In this document: positions 47,346-53,223 of the stretch, one piece after another
Layout of the letters: each line of letters begins with the position of its first letter
How positions within the stretch are numbered: the first letter of the stretch is position 1
Made by a program: the position numbers and the translations under genes
Notes under the pieces: model-generated
The model's input: only the letters and a program-made list of their open reading frames with translations
The model's database searches: none
What the model was told of the DNA's origin: nothing
Source: a virus
Taxonomy: Duplodnaviria > Caudoviricetes
Virus record (IMG/VR): IMGVR_UViG_3300048550_000310
Coordinates: 1-53,223 of that record
Reading direction: 5' to 3' (one strand)
DNA: 53,223 nt

Positions 47346-48995
47346 TTATCTAAACTCCCACATATAGGACTTATCACCGTACTCCGCGACCTGCCATACG
47401 TCTCCCTGAGCATCTGCGAAGTATTCATCTTCCATCCCATCATCAATGAAACCAAAGGGTGCCATGTCTTGTTCTATGTTTTCTCTTTGATCATCGTAAA
47501 TGCGTTGACGAACATCATTGTCATGCATCTGTTTAAAGTATTCCTGCATTGCCATCCAAGCAAAGATAACAAGACACATAGCAAGGTCATCGTTACATCC
47601 GTCTTCTGCGGCAAATGATTGACCCTTGACAATGAATGTAGTCAGTTCTGCGATCGTATCGTAATCTGGAATGATTAATTTGTCCTCTTCAATGAGTGCC
47701 TTGAGGTTAGAACATCCAACTTGCTTCACAGCAGTAGACATCTTGACACCCAGTTGTGTCTTCTTACCAGAGAAACCCTGACCCAACTGTTGTCCTGCGC
47801 GACCGCGCATTGCTGCCATCAACAAATTCTCATACTCCAAATCAAACTGAATGATATCTGCAACCTGTCCACCGATATCATTCACTTCACATAAGATATA
47901 CGCATTATTATAGTTCTTTGCAACATCAATAATGACGTTGGGAAAGATAATAGGTTTGATTTCATTGTTTTTATATCTAGCAACCATCTCATATGGTACT
48001 GTCGTAGTATCCATTACACAGAATGCAGAATAATCTTGACTTGTACCACGCGCAACGTCAACCGTTATGATATAGTTGTGATCTGATTCAACACGTTTGT
48101 AAATAGCAAGTCCTTTATTTTGTGCAATTGGATCATGATATGGCATGACCCTTAGTTTGCTTGGACTAATTAGAGTATCAACAGATCCTAAGAACTCACA
48201 TTCAAATTCGACCTTGAATTGTGATTCAGAAGTATTTTTAATTGTTTGTTCTTTCCATGCAGCATCTCTACCGGGAACTGCAGACCAGTGAACCTCTGTT
48301 GGAATATATTCGTTCTTACTTCTTTCAGCATCATGCCAAAGTTTGTAAAACATATTCATCCCGTGTGGGGTAGAAATGATAATTACTTTGGTAGATTTAC
48401 CAGATGAAATAGTAGGATAAACAGAAGCAAAGAACTGGTCAGCGATATGATTCGGAACGAACGCGAATTCGTCCAGAAAAATGACATTAAAAGACATACC
48501 CCTGATGGCACTAGAAGAAGTAGATGCAGCCATGATTTTGCTTCCATTCTCCAGTTCCAGACTACCTCTGTTCCATTGGAGGATTCCTTGCTGGAGCCAT
48601 TTGGGGAGGTTTTCATAACTCAGTTGTAATCTTTGCAGCATCTCACGAGAAGTTGCTGCTTTGTTTGCTAGAATTGCGACATTAACATTCGCATTAAAAA
48701 GAACATACCACAACAGATAACTGGTAACGATAGTAGACTTACCAGACTGTCGCGGTAATTTTGCAATATTGAATCGATTTTCATGAAATTTGTCTACCAT
48801 CTCCTCTTGAAAATCATACATGTCAAAAGGAATCAAACCTTTATCAAGAGAAACAATTCTAATGTATGTTCTAATAAAATAAACAGGATTTTCAGAGCAC
48901 TTGATAATTTCCTCAATCTGTTCCGGAGTAAACTCTTGTTTTACATTAGCTTTAATTAGATTGGGATTACCAAGATATTGTTCAGCGTTAGTCAT
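47346..48995 (-). CDS. g17: Terminase large subunit gp17
   Basis: YLGNPNL, PRQSGKST, FLDEFAF, STPHG, DDLAM. Confidence 0.97.
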   Translation of the reverse strand: MTNAEQYLGNPNLIKANVKQEFTPEQIEEIIKCSENPVYFIRTYIRIVSLDKGLIPFDMYDFQEEMVDKFHENRFNIAKLPRQSGKSTIVTSYLLWYVLFNANVNVAILANKAATSREMLQRLQLSYENLPKWLQQGILQWNRGSLELENGSKIMAASTSSSAIRGMSFNVIFLDEFAFVPNHIADQFFASVYPTISSGKSTKVIIISTPHGMNMFYKLWHDAERSKNEYIPTEVHWSAVPGRDAAWKEQTIKNTSESQFKVEFECEFLGSVDTLISPSKLRVMPYHDPIAQNKGLAIYKRVESDHNYIITVDVARGTSQDYSAFCVMDTTTVPYEMVARYKNNEIKPIIFPNVIIDVAKNYNNAYILCEVNDIGGQVADIIQFDLEYENLLMAAMRGRAGQQLGQGFSGKKTQLGVKMSTAVKQVGCSNLKALIEEDKLIIPDYDTIAELTTFIVKGQSFAAEDGCNDDLAMCLVIFAWMAMQEYFKQMHDNDVRQRIYDDQRENIEQDMAPFGFIDDGMEDEYFADAQGDVWQVAEYGDKSYMWEFR

Positions 48996-49209
48996 GTTTT
49001 ACAAAGTGATTTTCAATTGCTTCAATACGCTCTTCGGCGTGTGCAATGATATCCAGTTGCTCTTGAATTGCACCAAGAACATCAGGATGTTCACCAATAC
49101 CTACAGGGTGGTGTAAATAGATTTCTACATTTGCTTTTGCTTTTTTGATATCACCTTCGGCATTAGCACGAAGTGCATCCAGCATATTCTTTCTAAGATC
49201 GCAACTCAT
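48988..49209 (-). CDS. Conserved hypothetical protein
   Basis: 73 aa; NVEIYL.HPVGIGEHPD. Confidence 0.75.
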   Translation of the reverse strand: MSCDLRKNMLDALRANAEGDIKKAKANVEIYLHHPVGIGEHPDVLGAIQEQLDIIAHAEERIEAIENHFVKHD

Positions 49210-49664
49210 ACTAATGTCCCCTTTTCTCTACGAATTTCTCTTAGTGCTTCAAGGTTCATATCTTTAGTGCCACCATCATATGCATGAGCATATCCTTCTT
49301 CGATCATTTGCTCGTTAAGCGACACGTCTCCGTCCCCAATGTAAAGCCAACCAAGAAGACGCCCATATTTACCGACGCCACCAACAAGTTCAGTCCTAAC
49401 AGACAACTCATCATCACCAGCGATAGTCGATTCCAGTTTTTCTTTGAGCCAGTTGGTTGCGTCGATTCCAAGAGCCTTCTCCTCTAAGTTTTTCGTTCTT
49501 TTTTCTGGCGTATCAACGCCTGCAACTCTAACTCTTTCTTTCTTGTATAAATCAAACCCAAGATCAATAGTGACATCAATAGTATCACCATCAAGGACAC
49601 GGTTGATCTCCGTCACTCGGAAGTTGTAGCAGCTCTTCCTGCTCGGTGGTGTCATTGCTCCCAT
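49206..49664 (-). CDS. Staphylococcal-nuclease-like (thermonuclease) protein
   Basis: RVLDGDTID, RVRVAGVDTPE, GKYGRLLG, NEQMIEEGYA. Confidence 0.85.
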   Translation of the reverse strand: MGAMTPPSRKSCYNFRVTEINRVLDGDTIDVTIDLGFDLYKKERVRVAGVDTPEKRTKNLEEKALGIDATNWLKEKLESTIAGDDELSVRTELVGGVGKYGRLLGWLYIGDGDVSLNEQMIEEGYAHAYDGGTKDMNLEALREIRREKGTLV

Positions 49665-49800
49665 CTTTTAACTCTGCAAATGCTTGTCTTAGTATGTATA
49701 CGACTACAAACAATGCACCTGCAACTGCAAGTATCACACAGATAATTACTGACCACACAGGGTCGTTAGCATTATCTAGAGGACGTAATAGTAAATTCAT
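49591..49800 (-). CDS. Small single-TM protein
   Basis: MNLLLRPLDNANDPVWSVIICVILAVAGALFVVVYIL...; ATGA-coupled. Confidence 0.7.
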   Translation of the reverse strand: MNLLLRPLDNANDPVWSVIICVILAVAGALFVVVYILRQAFAELKDGSNDTTEQEELLQLPSDGDQPCP

Positions 49801-50012
49801 AGTGCAATTTTCATCCAAGGTAGTATAGGAGGTATCACTCCAATGAGTCTAAGAAGACCCTCAGCAAAAAGTGCGAGAACAACCCAACCAACACACATAC
49901 TGATAATTCCAGCGTTACGATTATGCTTTCGTATGGCATCATCAATCATCTCCTGGCATTCTTCACGAGTGATACAGTGAGTTGGTTTAATTTGGTCCAT
50001 CCGATGTGTCAT
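49797..50012 (-). CDS. Small membrane protein
   Basis: ECQEMIDDAIRKHNRNA then hydrophobic GIISMCVGWVVLALFAEGLL; start placed at ATG 50012. Confidence 0.7.
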   Translation of the reverse strand: MTHRMDQIKPTHCITREECQEMIDDAIRKHNRNAGIISMCVGWVVLALFAEGLLRLIGVIPPILPWMKIAL

Positions 50013-50163
50013 GGTTTCGTATGAATGGTTCCCAGTGCTCCCAACCATATTTATGTATTGCCCACATTCCTATTACAGGAACAAAGACTAGACACCATGC
50101 CATGAGTCCTAATCCATATGGATTATTTAATACTGCTCCACAGAATCTAGCAAACTGTAACAT
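49987..50163 (-). CDS. Small membrane protein (58 aa), not in ORF track
   Basis: Manual translation MLQFARFCGAVLNNPYGLGLMAWCLVFVPVIGMWAIHKYGWEHWEPFIRNHDTSDGPN. Confidence 0.7.
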   Translation of the reverse strand: MLQFARFCGAVLNNPYGLGLMAWCLVFVPVIGMWAIHKYGWEHWEPFIRNHDTSDGPN

Positions 50164-50255
50164 TATTCAAAAAGAGATAAGAGGAAAAGAAACATTCCAA
50201 AGAGGCAAACAACCCCCGTTAAAAAGAATGGAAAGTATTCAACTGGGGTAAGCAT
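50163..50255 (-). CDS. 30-aa hydrophobic peptide, not in ORF track
   Basis: MLTPVEYFPFFLTGVVCLFGMFLFLLSLFE; stop overlaps next start (TAATG). Confidence 0.5.
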   Translation of the reverse strand: MLTPVEYFPFFLTGVVCLFGMFLFLLSLFE

Positions 50256-50337
50256 TACCTAGTCCCCATACAACAAATAGTGCTATGAAACTGAATATAA
50301 AAAATCCTGTTGCTCTTACGTTAGAAACTTTTTCCAT
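50239..50337 (-). CDS. ndhQ: NdhQ-like single-TM peptide (32 aa), not in ORF track
   Basis: MEKVSNVRATGFFIFSFIALFVVWGLGNAYPS with GAGG upstream; C-terminus resembles remembered NdhQ end (FIAGLIWWALHTAYA). Confidence 0.5.
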   Translation of the reverse strand: MEKVSNVRATGFFIFSFIALFVVWGLGNAYPS

Positions 50338-50468
50338 GGATCCTCATTGTGAAGGCAAGATTTGGGGTGTACCCAATTACTATTTACTTCTTCCAGCATC
50401 ATCTTGAGTTGCTTATTTTCGAGTTTCAACATATAGATCTCATGTCTTAACTTTTTAATCGGATTCAT
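50316..50468 (-). CDS. Small coiled-coil protein
   Basis: MNPIKKLRHEIYMLKLENKQLK...WVHPKSCLH; start moved to ATG 50468. Confidence 0.6.
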   Translation of the reverse strand: MNPIKKLRHEIYMLKLENKQLKMMLEEVNSNWVHPKSCLHNEDPWKKFLT

Positions 50469-50661
50469 AACGGTTCTTCCATAACTCCAGGAAATATCGA
50501 TCGACTTCGTATAAGTCAGAACGACTAGGTGCAATAGTATCTATGTCTTGAGCCCATGACATACATATATCTCGCATTTCTGGTGTTATACCCTGAGGTA
50601 AAAACATTCTACCAAATGATGACATGGCAAACGCAAATCGCATTCTAATGCGCTGTTCCAT
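50455..50661 (-). CDS. Conserved hypothetical protein
   Basis: MEQRIRMRFAFAMSSFGRMF...DLYEVDRYFLELWK; start moved to ATG 50661. Confidence 0.65.
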   Translation of the reverse strand: MEQRIRMRFAFAMSSFGRMFLPQGITPEMRDICMSWAQDIDTIAPSRSDLYEVDRYFLELWKNRYESD

Positions 50662-50776
50662 TTCCTGAGTAGGCGTCGGTTTCATAATAGTTATTCTCAC
50701 CTTTTCTGTACCCGAAATATGCGGTGGCACATAGAAACGGTAATGTTCCGAAAAGTAGGACATGTGCTAAAGTCAT
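50645..50776 (-). CDS. ndhP: NDH-1 small subunit NdhP (43 aa), not in ORF track
   Basis: MTLAHVLLFGTLPFLCATAYFGYRKGENNYYETDAYSGNGTAH: one TM then FG...YYETD.Y.GNG.AH C-terminus characteristic of NdhP; ATGA-coupled to gnd. Confidence 0.8.
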   Translation of the reverse strand: MTLAHVLLFGTLPFLCATAYFGYRKGENNYYETDAYSGNGTAH

Positions 50777-51810
50777 CTTACGTTGTGTCCTCCGAACATA
50801 TACCTCATACCATTCAAAATCTTGGACCCGAAAGCCGCGAGACCGCGTGAATCAAATCTTTGATAAAGGGCAGTAGTAATGACAGGAGCGGGTACACCCA
50901 AATCGACAGCGGCATGAACAGTCCAGCGACCCTCACCGGAGTCGGAAACTCCGCCAGTGAATCGTTCAAGTTCATGATCGCCCCGAAGTACATCAGCAGT
51001 AAGATCGAGAAGCCAACTGCCGACCACACTACCACGACGCCATAACTCAGCAACTTCAGCAGAGTCAATATCATAACAATAATCTTTCGGATTCTCCATT
51101 GGAGCAACCTCAGCATCGCCTTCTTTAATATAAGCTGACCCAACATTAGCTTCATGCAGGATATTAAAGCCTTCGGCGTAGGCTTGCATGATTCCATATT
51201 CGACTCCGTTATGAACCATCTTTACGAAATGACCTGCGCCAGGTCCACCACAATGCAACCAACCGTACTCAGCAGATGTTGCCCTGCTGTATGGATCTGT
51301 CCGTTCGGCACTTGAAATACCTGGTGCGAGTGACCTGAAAATGGGGGCACATACAGATACTGCTGTATTTGTACCACCAACCATAAGACAGTATCCGCGC
51401 TCCAAACCAAAAACTCCACCGCTAGTACCGCAATCAATAAATTGGATACCAAGTTTGGCCAACCTTTCTGCTCTCCTGCGAGAATCTTTAAAGTTGCTAT
51501 TGCCATGATCAATAATAATATCCCCGTCGCTAAGTAATGGTAGTAACTCATTGAGTGTGTCCTCTACTAATTCTGCAGGAATAACAAGTTGAAAAATTCC
51601 AGGACATTCTCCGGCAGAACCTCCACTACCATGTACTACTTGAACAAGGCTTTCCAGATCAGTGGTAACTCCACTAACATAACCTGCTTCATACGCTTCT
51701 TGAGCCTTTGCATAGTTTCTCCTGTAACCCCAGACTTCGATACCTTGTTTCATCATACGGCGAGACATACCCTCGCCCATTCTTCCCAATCCAATGATCC
51801 CAACTTTCAT
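50773..51810 (-). CDS. gnd: 6-phosphogluconate dehydrogenase (short, decarboxylating)
   Basis: GLGRMG, IIDHGNS, DCGTSGG, GHFVKMVHNGVEYG, DSGEGRW, FGGH. Confidence 0.95.
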   Translation of the reverse strand: MKVGIIGLGRMGEGMSRRMMKQGIEVWGYRRNYAKAQEAYEAGYVSGVTTDLESLVQVVHGSGGSAGECPGIFQLVIPAELVEDTLNELLPLLSDGDIIIDHGNSNFKDSRRRAERLAKLGIQFIDCGTSGGVFGLERGYCLMVGGTNTAVSVCAPIFRSLAPGISSAERTDPYSRATSAEYGWLHCGGPGAGHFVKMVHNGVEYGIMQAYAEGFNILHEANVGSAYIKEGDAEVAPMENPKDYCYDIDSAEVAELWRRGSVVGSWLLDLTADVLRGDHELERFTGGVSDSGEGRWTVHAAVDLGVPAPVITTALYQRFDSRGLAAFGSKILNGMRYMFGGHNVR

Positions 51811-51813
51811 AAT

Positions 51814-51987
51814 TTAACACGCAAATGGTCTTGCCGATTGACGGCGATGTTTTAGTTCTGATGCAAGTTCGCCAAGTTCTGTGTAGATCGCATCCCCGAC
51901 CATATAATGTCCTTGACGATGCTCAACACATTCTATGATTTTGTCATAGTCTTGCTGCGAAAAGTCGGGGAAAAATTTTTTCATCAT
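51814..51987 (-). CDS. Small hypothetical protein (57 aa), not in ORF track
   Basis: Manual translation MMKKFFPDFSQQDYDKIIECVEHRQGHYMVGDAIYTELGELASELKHRRQSARPFAC; fills the petE-gnd gap. Confidence 0.6.
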   Translation of the reverse strand: MMKKFFPDFSQQDYDKIIECVEHRQGHYMVGDAIYTELGELASELKHRRQSARPFAC

Positions 51988-52014
51988 TTGATTAAATCCA
52001 TTGACTTATGTATC

Positions 52015-52338
52015 TCACTCCACATGTACAACGCCAGTCATACCTGCACCCTGATGAGGACCACAAAAGAAATTATAGTCACCTACGTCAGCAAATACAA
52101 CGTCTTGTGTTTCGCCAGGAGCAAACAGTAGTGCTTCTCTAGAAAGATCTGCACGACCTTCTACAATGATATTATGAGGAGGTAGTGCTTCATTGACAAA
52201 ATGAACTGTGTCACCTGCAGAGATTGTAATCTCATTCGGTTCAAATACTAGGTTGCCACCATGACCCATTGAGACATCAACTGCCCATGCAGGTAGAGCG
52301 ATGAAAAATGAAGCAATGAAAGCAATTAGAATTCTCAT
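52015..52338 (-). CDS. petE: Plastocyanin
   Basis: Signal peptide ending AWA; copper ligands PHN...C.PHQGAGM. Confidence 0.95.
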   Translation of the reverse strand: MRILIAFIASFFIALPAWAVDVSMGHGGNLVFEPNEITISAGDTVHFVNEALPPHNIIVEGRADLSREALLFAPGETQDVVFADVGDYNFFCGPHQGAGMTGVVHVE

Positions 52339-52388
52339 AAAAAATATGCAACTACACTATCTATGACTGGACTTTTAGTGCATGTCCT

Positions 52389-52682
52389 TTAACTGTCAGG
52401 CATCGCTGACTTCTTCATCAGACTATCTAATTGACCTTCAACATACCCTCTTCTATACTCCCAAGTTTGACCACCAATTGATCCTCTCTGAGGATTAATA
52501 CACTTTGTATAGTCGGGATTTTCTTTACTAATATTGTTGCAAACCAAACCAGCAAGATCTAATTCATTCCCCATCTTTCCAGTACCAGTCCACATGTGCT
52601 GCCCATTTAACCAAACAGCACCACACTTCTCACATTCTTTCCTTTCCATAGAAAAAGATGAGACTTCTTTTGGATCAGTCAT
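52389..52682 (-). CDS. Cys-containing hypothetical protein
   Basis: 97 aa; CEKCGAVW.NGQH.W...LAGLVCN...CINP. Confidence 0.7.
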   Translation of the reverse strand: MTDPKEVSSFSMERKECEKCGAVWLNGQHMWTGTGKMGNELDLAGLVCNNISKENPDYTKCINPQRGSIGGQTWEYRRGYVEGQLDSLMKKSAMPDS

Positions 52683-52713
52683 TGCTGCAGTATCCTCGTG
52701 GTATAGTTTTACC

Positions 52714-52746
52714 TATTTATTGTACCATACTGATACAATTTGTCAA
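52714..52746 (-). promoter_or_regulatory. Nested sigma70 and late promoter driving the petE-gnd cluster
   Basis: TTGACA-N16-TACAAT (with TGn extension) overlapping ATAAATA at 52714-52720. Confidence 0.65.
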
Positions 52747-52750
52747 TATA

Positions 52751-53221
52751 TTAGCAATTCCAAGCACGCAATGACTTCGACAGACGGTCATCTCCAGTGT
52801 TGTTGGAGGGTTTCTGTCTCTTTCTCATGCCCTTCATTCTAGCGCAGAAGGATGACCTGCGCTTATTTCCAACCTTCTTGCTTGGTGCCTTAAGGTCTGA
52901 TCCAGGATTTTCCTTTTCATAAGACTTTCGTCCTTTTTCGTTAAGTCCGCCTGACTCGGACTTACCCGACTTTTTTGTCCAGGCTGCTCCTTCATTCGTT
53001 ACTTCTTCGGGTACACAATTTGGAACTTCTTTACCATTCTTTTTCTTGGTTCCTTTTGCTTTATATCCATCCCAACATGTAGAAGCACCAACATTTTCGC
53101 GTGCTTTCTTCATTCCTTCCATTACATCATTCCAAGTCTTACCCTCAACATTTAATGTTTCTGGATAATCCTTATCGCCAGGTTTAGCAGGTTTTTCACC
53201 GCGCTTCCGTTTAGCGTGAAT
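52751..53221 (-). CDS. Basic modular protein (DUF6321-like C-terminus), 5'-truncated
   Basis: Frame open to the window edge (IHAKRKRGEKPAKPGDKDYP...); CWDGY...VPNCV and AAWTKK.GK...GGLNEKGR...FCARM...SLRAWNC modules. Confidence 0.7.
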   Translation of the reverse strand: MHAKRKRGEKPAKPGDKDYPETLNVEGKTWNDVMEGMKKARENVGASTCWDGYKAKGTKKKNGKEVPNCVPEEVTNEGAAWTKKSGKSESGGLNEKGRKSYEKENPGSDLKAPSKKVGNKRRSSFCARMKGMRKRQKPSNNTGDDRLSKSLRAWNC

Positions 53222-53223
53222 GT

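Noticed and set aside
14467-48995. Introns, inteins or homing endonucleases in g43, g41, g17, g20 and g23
   Set aside because: All are continuous ORFs of ordinary length with no intein, HNH or GIY-YIG motifs seen
50239-50337. PetN identity for the 32-aa peptide (shared VVWG)
   Set aside because: Lacks the WGRNG ending of PetN; the W.L..AY ending and proximity to ndhP fit NdhQ better
1-53223. tRNA genes and CRISPR arrays
   Set aside because: Intergenic gaps are short and none shows a cloverleaf or regular repeat-spacer pattern by eye; tRNAscan-SE would be the decisive check

Overview
Fragment of a T4-like marine cyanomyovirus genome (Kyanoviridae type; cyanobacterial host inferred from petE, gnd and ndhP). 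Almost all genes are on the minus strand. Reading right to left: the variable auxiliary region upstream of g17 (petE, gnd, an unannotated ndhP, an ndhQ-like gene and a chain of tiny membrane-peptide ORFs); the virion core g17-g18-three tandem g19-like genes-g20-g21-g22-g23; then g3, uvsY, uvsW, g55, g47, g46, a VWA/MoxR ('CobT/CobS') pair, g45, g44, dam, g62 and regA; a 7-gene convergent secreted/membrane cassette holding the only credible plus-strand genes; hsp20 with a ROSE-like leader; g43, uvsX, a 2OG-Fe(II) oxygenase, g41 and mazG; and finally a nuclease-like / ligase-like / HIGH-nucleotidyltransferase trio followed by large low-complexity proteins that look like capsid-targeted polyproteins cleaved by the prohead protease. 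No tRNA, CRISPR array, intron or intein was recognised. Family calls come from motif recognition by eye and memory, not database searches. Several start codons were moved from the ORF track, and several ORFs under 60 aa were added by manual translation.
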